From: Cetorhinus maximus
Lineage: Eukaryota
Assembly (NCBI RefSeq): GCF_964194155.1
Contig: NC_135884.1
Coordinates: 112,654,001 to 112,718,000 of the forward strand
Direction of reading: 5' to 3'
DNA: 64,000 nt
Below the pieces are notes generated by a model. It worked only from the letters and a program-made list of their open reading frames with translations, was not told where the DNA came from and did not search any database. The translations under genes were made by a program, and so were the position numbers. Position 1 is the first letter of the stretch; every line of letters begins with the position of its first letter. Shown here piece after piece: positions 39,281 through 51,921 of this stretch.

Positions 39281-41671
39281 TTCCCCCCAAATTACTTATT
39301 TTTTGCTTCAACATCTGCATCTCCCTACCCACTTCCAAAGCTTTGCTCTGAAAAAGCTATCCAGCATCCTTTTGTCTAGCCCTCTACATACCAGCTTCTG
39401 TTAATCTCCCTAACAGCTCCCTCACAGTTCCACCTTGTGCAATTCTATCCTTGTATTCCTAAATTTGAGGACTGCAGGCTTATAAGCACACCTAGTGCAC
39501 AACTGGCCTAGTGATTCACTATCAGGTCTGGCTAGATGATCTTAAGTGACACTGGCCGAGGTCGTCTGGTCTCCGGACCGTCAGAGACCAGCCGTACCCT
39601 GCAAGATGCGCTACAGGACCCCTTGGAAGTCCCAACACACTAACTCCATGTGAATTGCCCAGGAAGTTTGAACTTGCAATGGACAATTCCCCTGGTCCCT
39701 GTGACCTTCCGAGAATGTTTCCTACTCTGAGTTAGAGTGAGAGACTTTGGATCGTTCCAACTTACTTACCTGAATACTCACCCAGGAAATGTTAGGCAGA
39801 AAAATCCTAGTCTAACTCCTGGGTAACTATACAACTGACTCCCCCTCGACTGCCTTCCTACCACCCCCCCAACCATCACCACCACCCTTCACAAATTGAC
39901 CGGACTAACCTCCACCTCTCAACTCCCCTGACACCCTGTTCACCACCCTCCCCGCCCATCCCCGGCCGGCTCCCTGAATCCCCACTCAACCCAACCTCAC
40001 CACCCTACCCGCATACCTCACCCATCCTACCACACATTCGCTAACACACTGAAAAACTGTTTAAATGTCCCAAAGCTTTTCAGTGTGTTAGTGAACACTT
40101 ACCAGGATATCACAGCTGCTGCCGTTAGAAAAGGGATGGGGTTCTGCATGGATTCCCTTTGCTGATGTCTCTAGAGTTTCCTACACTGACTGAGTTCTGT
40201 AGGATCCTCCATCGGAAAATTGGCTAGAAAAATCAGAGGACAGTAAGCGGGTACTTTTTTGTCTGATGAGGGTCAGAAACAGTTGTGCTGACTCTGATCG
40301 GAAGATTTGAGCCAATGTACCTTCTGCTCAAAGGCCAAATAATCCTAGCACTCCCGCAATACCCTGCAAAGCAAGAATAACAAAAGATTCCTGTTCCTGG
40401 CAACAACAAAAAAAAATCACCTACCCCATCTCCTTTCTGCTGCTAATATGCATCTTAATTTCAATTGCAAGTGTGTGAAGCTCATGGGTGTTTTTTCAAC
40501 TTGAAGTTTAAGGATATCCAGTTGGCTGCTTCAGCTTCCCCTTCCCAATCTGCCCTAATACTCCTGATCCAATCCCATATCATCGTAACTTCCAGTCTGT
40601 GGACCCACCATCCTTATCTCCCCCACCTGTGACTCAGCTCTGCACACTGTTCCCTTCACTCCTAAATGCCAACATCGTCACCACATTTCTGATAATGGCA
40701 TCTCCTCCTGTCCCCACGTGGTCAACTTGGGTGTGCCCAAGATTTCATCCTTAACACTCTTTCCGCATCTAAGTGGTGCAATTCTGGCCTGGTTGTTAGT
40801 GATACCATCTATAAACAGGGGTGAGCTTCAATGTAAATGGCATCCAGTTCTCTCCGCTACCACCCTGGACTGTTCTACCAATTGCTTGATCAGCATCAAG
40901 TAGCAGAAAAGAAAGTGTTTTCTCCAATTCAGCACGAGTAAAACAAACATCAAATTCCTATTAATATCCCAGGAAAAGGGGCACACTCGTTATTGATTCA
41001 TTCTTCATGTCTTGCCAGTTCAGTTAGGCATAACTGATGATGCTCAGTTTTAGTGGTCAGTTTGAAACAGTGCATACCTTTAAGGCAGTTTACCCCATCA
41101 TCACAACAGTCCATAGCCACTGAATGGTGCATACTATATCCAGGCTTGAGAACCCTAATGCTATCCTTGTCAGGTTACCAAGTTCTACTCTACGTAATCA
41201 GTAACTCATCCAAACTCTGCCACCATATCCTACACTATCCTCCTTTAATTCTCTTTGGCTCCCTGTCCCCAACCCACCAAATTTTTACCAAGTTATTACA
41301 CAACCTTACTCAGACCTCATGATGGCTTGCTCTGTCTGAATGCCTGTAACCCCACCACCCCCCATCTCCCTTCACAAAACTTTTGGATTATGCCTTCAGG
41401 AGACTGACTACATCTATATAACTCCTCTTCCATCAGCACTGGGTGTCTTATTCACCCTGTGAAACTTCTTGTAAAAGGTATTCTATCTGGTGACGCCTGC
41501 TTCCCTCGGAGAGCATGAGGGAGACAGAATTCAATACACTGAACTTAAAAGAGGAATAGAGCCTAACGGGCGCCCAAACGAATGGAGAAATAGTTAGTCC
41601 CACATTTTAAGTCCCACGCGCGAGCAGCTGGTATAAGAACACAGCCCAGGAGAAACTGTTCCCAAATTTAC

Positions 41672-41806
41672 TTTCTCAAGTAAATCCCGGGCCGGCGAGC
41701 AAACTTCTCCAGCCTCCTGCTCCTCCTCCTCCTCCTTCATGTTATTCAATGGCCCGATTGGGGAGAACTGCGGCCGTGCGAATTTGCTGGTTTTCTTCTT
41801 GCCCAT
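41672..41806 (-). CDS. HEATR3: HEATR3 first coding exon (135 bp)
   Basis: MGKKKTSKFARPQFSPIG...DLLEK, compare human MGKSRTKRFKRPQFSPTG...ELLEK. Strong Kozak gcgccATGG; gtaaat donor. Confidence 0.95.
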
Positions 41807-42210
41807 GGCGCGGCCGGCCGGCCTGAGCTGGGAGCCGGGAGAGCACTAGACTGGGGCAGCCGGGCCGAGCCGCTCGCTACACCATGTGGGCACCGCAGTC
41901 CATGTTCTGTGCCGGCAGCTCGCGGAGCCGCACGAACGTCACGACCGGGGGAGGAGACAGCGGGAGACGGGAGCGAGTGGCTTTGCGGAAAGAAGCTGCT
42001 TACCGGGCTGGTGTTAATCTTAATGCAAAAGCAACTTGGCCGGGAGAGCGGAAGCTCCGCTCTCACTCGGTGGGGGGGGGGGGGGGGGGACACAAAACTG
42101 ATCACTGGCATTGTTTGTACAACCAGGAGTGGGAACTGCGTTTCACGCAAATGGTTAACACGATCCGGATGTGATGTTACAGGGAGGATATTCCCAACGT
42201 GAACTGGTCC
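41750..42210 (-). promoter_or_regulatory. HEATR3 CpG-rich promoter and 5' UTR region
   Basis: High CpG density, ETS-like gcggaag motifs, possible 5' UTR intron 41823-42002. Confidence 0.65.
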
Positions 42211-42296
42211 CATTAAACACTCTGCACTGTGGAAAGGAAGCTAGCGTGTATTCAAATTGGATACCCTATCACCTTACCGCGTGAATGCACAACCTC

Positions 42297-42425
42297 ACAG
42301 AATCACAGTGGTTACAGCACAGAAGGAGGCCATTGGGCCCTTCGCGTCTGTGCTGGCTCTCTGAAGGAGCAATTCACCGAGTGCCACCACTCCCCCGACT
42401 TCTTTCCATCGCCCTGCACGTTTTT
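42297..42425 (-). mobile_element. Short CR1 3' end
   Basis: acagaatc..ggttacagcacagaaggaggccatt is the reverse of a CR1 3' terminus. Confidence 0.6.
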
Positions 42426-43039
42426 AGGACCTCTAGGTTATTATCCCAAGGCTAAAGAGGACTAAAGCCGCAAAGTTAATTTTGAGAATCATAAATAAAA
42501 GCTGGGATTTTTCCAAATTCAAACCCTTGTAGCCATTTGAGCAGTGGTGCACCAAGAAACTGGTTTTCTGATCCACTCTGAATCTTCACCGGTTGAAAGG
42601 TATTTTGTGACACCCTGCTCCATGATATCCAAGAGACACAGACTTGAACAGATATGGCATACAACTGGCTTAACCACATAAACCACTACCAGGCCCTGCT
42701 CTTGGCTGGCAAGGCTGTTCACTATTTCAGGATTATCGTGAATGCAGAAAAAATCCCTGACTTTTCTTCATTGCAAACTGCCCTCTCCCGTCTCCTCCAC
42801 TCTCACCTCCAACCACCAAGCGCATGGAGCTTATAGACAGATCATCCAATCAGCAGATTTCCAGGGTTTGCAGTATTTTTCTTCTGTATATCAGCTGTTG
42901 TTGTTCTCAATCTGTGTACAGCTTTTGTCATGGTTATCCATACCATTTTCTTCTAACACCTCTCTACCGTCATCCAGTTGGGAGGACCTGCACTCACCTA
43001 GATTCATTATCTATCCAATCGCAACCAGAGAATCACCCG

Positions 43040-43700
43040 CAATGGCTTCTCTTCCCATTTCTGCACCATTACCTCTGGTGTCCCCCTGGGATCTATCTGT
43101 GGCTCCCTCCCATTCCTTATCTACATGCTGCTCCTCGGCGACATCTCCTGAAAGCACAGCACTAGTTTCCACTTGTACACCGATGATAACTAGCTCTATC
43201 TCACCTCTCTCCACCCATGCTCTAAGTTGTCAGATTTCTTGTCCAACATCCAGTACTGGAAGAGCAGAAATTTGCTTCAATTAAATTTTGGGAAGACTGA
43301 AGTCATTGTGTTCAGTCCCTGCAACAAACTATTCACTAGCCATTGACTTCATCCCTCTATCTGACAATTGCCTGAGGCCGAACTGGACTGTTCACAACCT
43401 TGGTGTCATATTTGACAAAGATGAGGTTCATACTATATGTCTGTGTCTTCATTAAGATGGCCTATATTTTCACCTCTGTAACACTGCCAGACTCCGCTCA
43501 TGTTGCCGAGACCCTTATCCATATCTCTGTTACCTCTAGACTTTACTATTCCAAAGCACTCCTGGCCAGTCTCCCACATTCTAGCCTGCAAACCTTAGTC
43601 ATCCAAAGCTCTACTGCCCTTGTCCTTACTGATCAAATCCCAATCACCCATCACCACTGTGCTTAATGATCTACATTGGCTCCCAGTAAATTCTAAATTT
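43040..43700 (+). mobile_element. L2-type LINE RT fragment
   Basis: Degenerate GVP.GS..P..FLIYML.LGDI..H..SFHLY.DD and NLGVIFD..TSRL motifs. Confidence 0.65.
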
Positions 43701-43937
43701 TGGTCTCCCTCGCCATTAGAGCTTCAACTGGATGCAGCAAGTGGTAATCTACTGATCATGCTCTGCAGCACAGGACCAGTAACAACTTCCAATTTGCTAT
43801 GACCTTAATTCTCAACACAGTGTGGATTGAAGCAATGCCTTTCTTTTCTAAATTTGTGCCATATGGTCTTTAAAATTATAGTGTTGATTATTTTATGTTA
43901 ATGACAAACTAGGAAGGGTGGAGTGTGTTCCTGGAAG

Positions 43938-46900
43938 ACCATAAGACATAGGAGCAGAAATTAGGCCAATCGGCCCATCGAGTCTGCTCCGCCATTCAAT
44001 CATGGCTGATAGGTTTCTCAACCCCATTCTCCCGCCTTGTCCCCGTAACCTTTGATCCCCTTACCAATCAAGAACCTAACTATCTCGGTCTTAAATACAC
44101 TCAATGACCTGGCCTCCAGAGCCTTCTGTGGCAATGAATTCCATAGATTCACCACTCTCTGGCTAAAGAAGTTTCTCCTCATCTCTGTTCTAAAAGGTCT
44201 TCCCTTTACTCTGAGGCTGTGCCCTCGGGTCCTAGTCTCTCCTACTAATGGAAACATCTTCCCCACGTCCACTCTATCCGGGCCTTTCAGTATTCTGTAA
44301 GTTTCAATCAGATCCTCCCTCATCCTTCTAAACTCCATCGAGTATAGACCCAGAGTCCTCAAACGTTCCTCAGATGTTAAGCCTTTCATTCCTGGGATCA
44401 TTCTCGTGAACCTCCTCTGGACCCTCTCCAGGGCCAGCACATCCTTCCTGAGATACGGGGCCCAAAATTGCTCACAATATTCTAAATGGGGTCTGACCAG
44501 AGCCTTATAAAGCCTCAGCAGCACATCCCTTCTTTTATATTCTAGTCCTCTCGAAATAAATGCCAACATTGCATTTGCCTTTCTAACTACTGACTCAACC
44601 TGAAAGTTAACCTTAAGAGAATCCTGGACTAGGACTCCCAAGTCCCTTTGCACTCCAGATTTCTGAATTCTCTCCCCATTTAGAAAATAGTCCATGCCTC
44701 TATTCTTCGTACCAATGTGCATGACCTCACACTTCCCCACGTTGTATTCCATCTGCCACTTCTTTGCCCATTCTCCTAACCTGTCTAAATCCTTCTGCAG
44801 CCTCCCCACCTCCTCAATACTACCTGTCCCTCCACCTATCTTTGATTCATCTGCAAACTTAGCCAGGATGCCCTCAGTTCCTTCATCTAGATCATTAATG
44901 TATAAAGTGAAAAGTTGTGGTCCCAACACTGACCACTGCGGAACTCACTAGTCACCGGCCGCCATCCTGAGAAGGACCCCCTTATCCCCACTCTCTGCCT
45001 CCTACCAGATAGCCAATCTTCTATCCATGCTAATACCTTGCCTCTAACGCCATGGGCTCTTATCTTACTGAGCAGCCTCCTGTGCGGCACCTTGTCAAAG
45101 GCCTTCTGGAAGTCCAAGTAGATAACATCCATTGGCAAAAACAAAAAACTACTGCGGATGCTGGAAATCCAAAACAAAAACAGAATTACCTGGAAAAACT
45201 CAGCAGGTCTGGCAGCATCGGTGGAGAAGAAAAGAGTTGACGTTTCGAGTCCAATGACCCTTCAACAGAACAGTTCTGTTGAAGGGTCATTAGACTCGAA
45301 ACGTCAATTCTTTTCTTCTCCACCGATGCTGCCAGACCTGCTGAGTTTTTCCAGGTAATTCTGTTTTTGTTAACATCCATTGGCTCTCCTTTGTCTAACC
45401 TACTTGTTACCTCCTCAAAGAATTCTAACAGATTTGTCAGGCATGACCTCCCCTTGATGAAACCATACTGACTTTGCCCGATTTTACCATGCACTTCCAA
45501 GTATTCTGAAATCTCATACTTAATAATGGACTCTAAAATCTTACCAATGACCGAGGTCAGGCTAATCAGCCTGTAATTTCCTGTCTTTTGCCTCACTCCC
45601 TTCTTAAACAGGGGGGTTACATTAGCAATTTTCCAGTCCTCCGGGACCCTCCCTGACTCCAGTGATTCCTGAAAGATCACCACTAACGCCTCCACTATCT
45701 CTTCAGCTATCTCCTTCAGAACTCTGGGGTGTAATCCATCTGGTCCAGGTGATTTATCCACCTTCAGACCTTTCAGTTTTCCTAGCACCTTCTCCTTGGT
45801 AATGGCCACCATACTCACCTCTGCCCCCCGACTCACTTGAACTTTGGGGATGTCACTCGTGTCTTCCACTGTGAAGACTGACGCAAAGTACCTATTCAGT
45901 TCCTCCGCCATTTCTTTGTTCCCCACTTCTACTTCTCCAGCGTCATTTTCCAGCGGCCCAATGTCCACTTTTGCCTCTCTCTTACCTTTTATATATCTAA
46001 AAAAACTCTTGCAATCTTCTTTAATATTACTGGCTAGTTTACCCTCATATTTAATCTTCTCCCTCCTTAGTTCTTTTTTAGTTGTCCTCTGTTGATCTTT
46101 GTAGGCTTCCCAATCCCCTGATTTCCCACTGCTCTTCGCCGCATTGTATGCTTTCTCTTTAGCTTTTGTGCTGTCCCTGACTTCTCTTGTCAGCCATGGT
46201 TGCCTCGTCCTCCCTTTAGTATGCTTCTTCTTCCTAGGGATGAATTTTTGCTGTGTCTCCCAAATTACTCCCAGAAACTCCTGCCATTGCTGTTCCACTG
46301 TCTTTCCTGCTAGGCTCATCTCCCAGTCAATTCTGGCCAGCTCTTCCTCATGCCTCTGTAGTTGCCTTTATTCAACTGTAATACCGTTACATCTGATTCC
46401 AGCTTTTTCCTCTCAAATTGCAGGGTAAATTCTATCATATTATGGTCACTTCTTCCTAAGGGTTCCTTCGCTTTAAGCTCCCTTATCAAATCTGCCTCAT
46501 TACACATCACTAAATCTGGAATTGCCTCTTCCCTAGTGGGTTCCACCACAAGCTGCTCCAAAAAACCATCTCATAGACATTCCACAAATTCCTTTTCTTG
46601 GGATCCACTACCAACCTGATTTTCCCAGTCTACCTGCATATTGAAATCCCCCATGATCACTGTAACCTTGCCTTTCTTACACACCTTTTCTACCTCCTAG
46701 TGTATCTTGTGCCCCACATCCTGACTACTGTTCGGAGGCCTGTATATAACTCCCATTATGGTTTTTTTACCTTTGCGGTTCCTCAACTCTACCCACACAG
46801 ATTCTACATCATCTGACCCTACATCATTTCTTGCTATCGATTTAATTTCATTTCTTACTAATAAAGCAACCCCACCCCCTCTGCCAACCAGCCTATTTTT

Positions 46901-48080
46901 TCGATAGGATGTATATCCTTGGATATTTAGCTCCCAGTCCTGATCCCCTTGCAGCCATGTCTCCGTAATGCCCACCACATCATACCTGCCAATTTCAATC
47001 TGCGCCACAAGCTCATTTACCTTATTCCGTACACTGCGTGCATTCAGATACAACACCTTCAGTCCTGTATTTCCCGTCCCCTTTCTCATTGTCATCCCTT
47101 TGTCTGATGTGCTTGAAGTTAGATTCCTAGCCCTTTCCAAACACTCTGTCCTATTTTGTGTTCTAGAGACTTTAATAGCCTCTCCTGGGTTCTCCTCTTT
47201 TCAGTTTTTTCATAATTTTCCATGAAGTTGAATCCACCCCCACACACACTAACCTGCTGCTTTGTTTCCCATTAGTCATGCTTCTTGGAGTTTTACCCTT
47301 CCCTCCACCCCCCCCACCCCCCCCACTTTCTAGTTTAAAGTCCTGTTGACCACACTATTTACCCTTTTCGCTAGAACATTGGTCCCGGATCGGTTCAGGT
47401 GGAGACCGTCCCAACGGTACAGATCCCTCCTGTTCCAATACTGATGCCAGTGCCCCAAGAAATGGAACCCGTCTTTCCCGCACCACTCCTTTAGCCACGT
47501 GTTTACTCCCCTTATTCTCGTGTCCCTATGCCAATTTGCACGTGGCTCGGGTAGTAATCCGGAGATTATAATCCTTGAGGACCTGTTCTTTAATTTAGTT
47601 CCTAGTTCCTGATAATCCCCAAACAGGTCCTCTTTCCTAGTCTTACCTATGTTATTTGTCCCGACGTGGACCACAACAACTGGATCCTCCCCTTCCCTCT
47701 CCAATATCCTTTCAAGCCGGTCAAAGATGTCCGTCACCCTGGCACCGGGCAGGCAACATACCATGCGGACTCTCGATTCTGCTTACAAAGGATGCTATCA
47801 ATTCCCCTAATTTTAGAATCCCCTACAACTACCACTTGTCTTTTTGCTCCCCCCTCTTGAATGGCCCCCTGTGCCACGGTGCCGTGATCAGCTGGCTCAT
47901 CCTCCCTGCAGACCTCTTCCTCATCCACACAGGGAGCAAGTACCTCGTACCTGTTGGACAAGGTAAAGAGCTGAGGCTCCTCTGTTCCTGAACACAGGAT
48001 CCCTCTACTTGCCTCACTTGCAGTCACAACCTGCTGACCCTGACCACTGACTGGACTTGACGTACTTAATCTACCGGGTG
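43938..48080 (-). mobile_element. Near full-length young CR1 LINE: ORF1 SGNH esterase plus ORF2 APE endonuclease and RT, with few frameshifts
   Basis: ORF1 47330-48027 has VVVGDS, VHVGTN and DGLHL motifs. ORF2 44018-47140 has YLNARS, ITETW, YRPP, SDHN, RT motifs and FADE. Ends in a cataaga tail. Confidence 0.95.
45137..45370. mobile_element. Palindromic double Penelope pLTR insertion (234 bp)
   Basis: Perfect 14-bp TSD taacatccattggc (45123-45136, 45371-45384). 98-bp arms 45174-45271 and 45273-45370 with 2 mismatches. 37-bp one-sided tail. Confidence 0.92.
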
Positions 48081-48840
48081 AGAAAGAGGGAGATATGAGA
48101 TTTCAGACAACATTTAAAGATGGGAGTGTTAACAGAAACGTTGGGGAAGATATCCCATCAGATGGGGCTGGGCAGCAAAAAACTCGGCTACTAATAGTGG
48201 ATCGAAGGGAGGGATTTGCTTTGAAGTGCAGAGTCAGAGAACGAGATGTCACAGGAGGGAATGGAAGCTTAGAAAACGTTACTGAGGTATCAGTAGGGCA
48301 AGTCTGCAACAAGGTTTGAACAGAAGGTTGAGAATTTCAACTTAGTGCTTTAGAAACAAAGAGTCACTGTGGATCAATGAACACAGAGTGATGGCTCAAC
48401 AGAAAAGAAACAGGCTGTGAAGCTTTGGGTGAGTTGGAGTTTAAGGAGAATGGAAGTCAGACAGCTGGCAAGAGCACTGGTGAAACTGAGTTAATAGGTG
48501 ACAAATGCATCAATATGTATTTTGACAGCAGTGTGTTGGAGACAAACAATGGTGTGAAATGGAAGGAGATAGTCTTGGTGAAGAATGGATGATATATAAT
48601 TTGAAGTTCAGCTTTTTAAAATATATTGAGGTTTCACACAGCCTGGATGAACAGCCAAGTGAGGAGGTACCAAGCTGCCAGAGCTTTTGGTAATGGCTTA
48701 AAACATTTCCTTTGGTCTTCCTGGTGTTCAATTGGATTGATTCTAGCTCATGCACAGCAGCATCAGACAACCTACTTGGCTTTAAATCATAACTCAAATA
48801 TGCAAATCCCATTCTTGGTTATCCAGTGCATTGAACCGTG
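48080..48840 (-). mobile_element. Old L2-type LINE fragment
   Basis: Reverse-strand similarity to the other L2 remnants (purine-rich; HISP/LHWL-like region). Confidence 0.4.
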
Positions 48841-48898
48841 AGATTGATTCAACAACAATTGCATTATGATCACTTCTCCATCTTTTCCATATAAATTG

Positions 48899-48904
48899 TT
48901 TATT
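48899..48904 (-). terminator. Candidate poly(A) signal of CNEP1R1
   Basis: AATAAA on the minus strand about 1 kb after the stop, at the end of an AT-rich repeat-free segment. Confidence 0.4.
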
Positions 48905-49885
48905 GCTATGTACACAGGCCTACAAAATTCAAGTGCCTGAAACACATTTACAAAGTCATGATGCTTTTAAAATTTAAAAGTTTAAATCATTCAAGTCATT
49001 AAAATACAAAGAGGCGAAAGTAGAACTGCAATAGGTCCTAGAATTGCAATGCAAGTGAACATAACTGTGAGATTGTAAAGTTCATTTCTACATGGTTATA
49101 CAAGGCTGCATAATTGAGAAGTAAAATTAGAATCTTTATATGCAATAGTTTGCAATGCAAATGAAACAAGTTATCTCTTCCTATAAATAGATTTGTACAC
49201 AACACAATTTGGCAGATTGAAGGGTTCAAGTTCTCACCCAAAGCACTGGTGATCCATTTCTAATTCATCTCCAGTCTAAATGGAATAAGGATACAAATGC
49301 CTCATAAATCGAATTGGTGAACAGTAAAAATAACTCAGCAGAACATTCTCATAACTTTATATATATATAAAAAAAAGCATCTGTATGGAGGAAAAGTAAT
49401 GGATTAGAAGAATAAAGGCATGCAATAATGGTTTAGCAATCTTGTTGGATCAGTCCTGATACAGTTCAGCCCAATTCACAATGAGAATCGGTCACAGTTT
49501 TTAAATCCTTGATGTTGTACTTTTTGAGTCAGAGTCACAAAATAGTTACAAAAGCTTATCAATAATAAAATGAGTGGTCCAACCCAGAAGTTAAAATATA
49601 AGAACCCAAACTTTCTAATAAATTAAATTCACCTGGCAAGATTTAAATACAAGTTCAATATTGTATTTTATACCAAGTTATCCAAAATCCCGTTGGTTGC
49701 AACATTAGATTTCTCATAAAATGCACTTCTGTTGCTGAAGATTTTTCTGCTTTAGGGAGCTTTAGCTAGCTGAAAATAACGATGTTGACACCAAAAGGAA
49801 CGTTGCATCAGTGCATTTGTGAAGTGTTGCATTTGAAGTTACTTCTACTTTTTCCAAAGAGCCACAGAACTGGCATGTAGATTCA

Positions 49886-49927
49886 TCATTGGACATGGGG
49901 CCTGGGTTTTAATATTAGTTTTCCAGT
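49886..49927 (-). CDS. CNEP1R1: CTD nuclear envelope phosphatase 1 regulatory subunit 1, last coding exon
   Basis: TGKLILKPRPHVQ* matches the human C-terminus; ttctag acceptor. Confidence 0.96.
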   Translation of the reverse strand, partial: TGKLILKPRPHVQ

Positions 49928-50926
49928 CTAGAAAAGGTGAAACATATTTTTTTTAATTGAAGTTACAAAAAGTATTTTCCAAAGATTTATAAAAATAAAA
50001 CAGAGTTACAGTTCAAAATACTTACAACTTTTAACATGCAACATGATATAAATCCATTTTAATTAGCTGTTCAGTTCATGAGTCAGGCTAACAGTAATAT
50101 CCTATAAGTGAAAACTAAAAGGAGTGAAACCATAGATGCAGCACTCAAAATGAGGCACATCAGAGGCATACCCACTGACCTTCCCTCAAGCCCCATTTAT
50201 TCTTGACAAATTTAAACAAAACTGTCAGGTTAATTGGTTCTCAACTTTTTTGGATGAAACCCAACAACTCTCAAAATCTTAAGCTCATCAAGCTAAGGAG
50301 TTGGGTAGTGGTAAATCCGCTAAAATCCTCTTCCCTTTTCTACTGTGTTCTGCTCTGTCTTTTCCTCCATCCACAACTACTACTGTTTCACTCATTCCCC
50401 ACCATTTCTCTCATTCTCTTTAGTGTCAGTTCAGGGCTGGCCCCGACTCCAGAATGAGGTTCCATTTACATTTTAATTGCAGTAGAGGGTGAAATTGCTT
50501 TGCACTACAATTGGTTATAATATAAATTTACCCAAAAATTGACAGGCCAGCTATTGTTAAATGTTGGTTGGCACTTTCCTGGATGGTAGTTCCAAACAAA
50601 CAATGGAACAAATCAATTTAAAAAGTACTACCACTAACATAGACAACAATAAATGTGTGAAGAATGAAATTCCTTTCCTTCTTGAAGTGTTGTTGAGAGC
50701 TAGGGACCACAGATGCAATCTTCCAACAGTAGCAGAAGACAATTAGTCTTAACTCCTAACCAAAGATGAATTGAGTCAAGTAAACCACATTAGTAACTGC
50801 TAGACTACAATCAGATTTCACCAATTTTCAGCAACAGGGAGATCTTTTTAAAAAAGCATAAATTCTGGAAAAGAAAAAATGAATTTAAAATTAAAATTTA
50901 CTTATTAAATTTGATTTCTTTTCCAC

Positions 50927-51921
50927 TGTCATGATAATGAAAGAAAAACACCGGATTGCAACCTGAAATTTTGGGCTTTAAAAAAAGACTCAAGTTTTTA
51001 AAAATGCACATAAGCCACTGTCTGGAATGCTGCAGGGTGACTCCCTAAGAAGTAATGGAACACCACCCTGTTGCCAGACAAGGTACTTCTAAAGACATCC
51101 AGAAACTAATTGCTCCCTCCGGTAGTGACAATGGGACATAATGAGAGATGAGCATCATCTCATCGAGAAATCCTGTGCGCAATGCCCAGACAGATTTGTG
51201 AATTTGCTTCCCACTTGGAATATACAAAGAGGGGCTTAAAAGTGAGCTGAAAAGCTGCCCTGGTGTCTGTCTGTTGGTGGGTGCTCTGAGAGAGAGCAAG
51301 TGCTGGAAGTTTGACTCCGAAGTAACAGCCGCACACAGTACCCCTACAAATCGCCATTTTACAGGTATCCCGAGCTCTCTCCCTCTCCACCAAATTCAAC
51401 ACTACTGGAACCTCGAAACCGACTACCCTCTACCAAATTCAACACTACTAGAACCTCAAAACTGACTATTTGCCTACTGGAGTAAATTTTACTGGAATCT
51501 TGAATCGCAATAGCTGCAATGCTCAATCACCTACTCCCCATAAGTCAAGGACTGTTCGTATACCTTTTAAAATTTTTTTACTCTTAACCTGTATGACCGT
51601 GTATGCAATGTTTTATTCTTTCTTGCCTTTAGTATAATAAGCTTACTCTTACCTTGAACTCAAGAAAGTCTGATTAAATTGGCTCCTTCAAAACCGGAAC
51701 GATTGGGTCTGAGAAAAAGATATCCGTGAAAGGGATCCTTTTTAGATTAAATCTTGTTGCGACCAATAGAAAGGGGGGTGCTGAATAAAGACAGGGAGCC
51801 AGTTCATCCCATCTCACCCGGAGCATAACAATTTGGGTTGTCCCAGCCAGACATGACAAATTGAGGGGTCTCACCTGGATCAACAACTTGGGGGAACCTC
51901 ACCTGGGGATGGGTCGTAACA
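50927..51921 (+). mobile_element. Solo LTR in CNEP1R1 intron 5
   Basis: tgtcatg...cgtaaca termini, ccac/ccag flanks, internal 43-bp tandem duplication. Confidence 0.55.

Noticed and set aside
45158-45358. Mirror-image ORFs with near-identical peptide (KNRITWKNSAGLAASVEKK) on both strands, one fused to CR1 ORF2
   Set aside because: A by-product of the palindromic pLTR insertion, not a gene.
8406-45370. Recurrent palindromic repeats as a CRISPR-like array or bacterial terminators
   Set aside because: Dispersed, with no regular spacers or cas genes. The context is eukaryotic and the repeats match PLE termini.
48577-48593. 17-bp match (ggtgaagaatggatgat) to CNEP1R1 exon 4, suggesting a duplicated exon
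   Set aside because: Similarity does not extend, there are no splice sites, and it lies in a decayed LINE fragment. Probably chance.
51385-51468. 43-bp tandem duplication, plus the small triple repeat ggttccaaatt at about 29331-29370
   Set aside because: Ordinary local duplications inside an LTR or intron with no sign of function.
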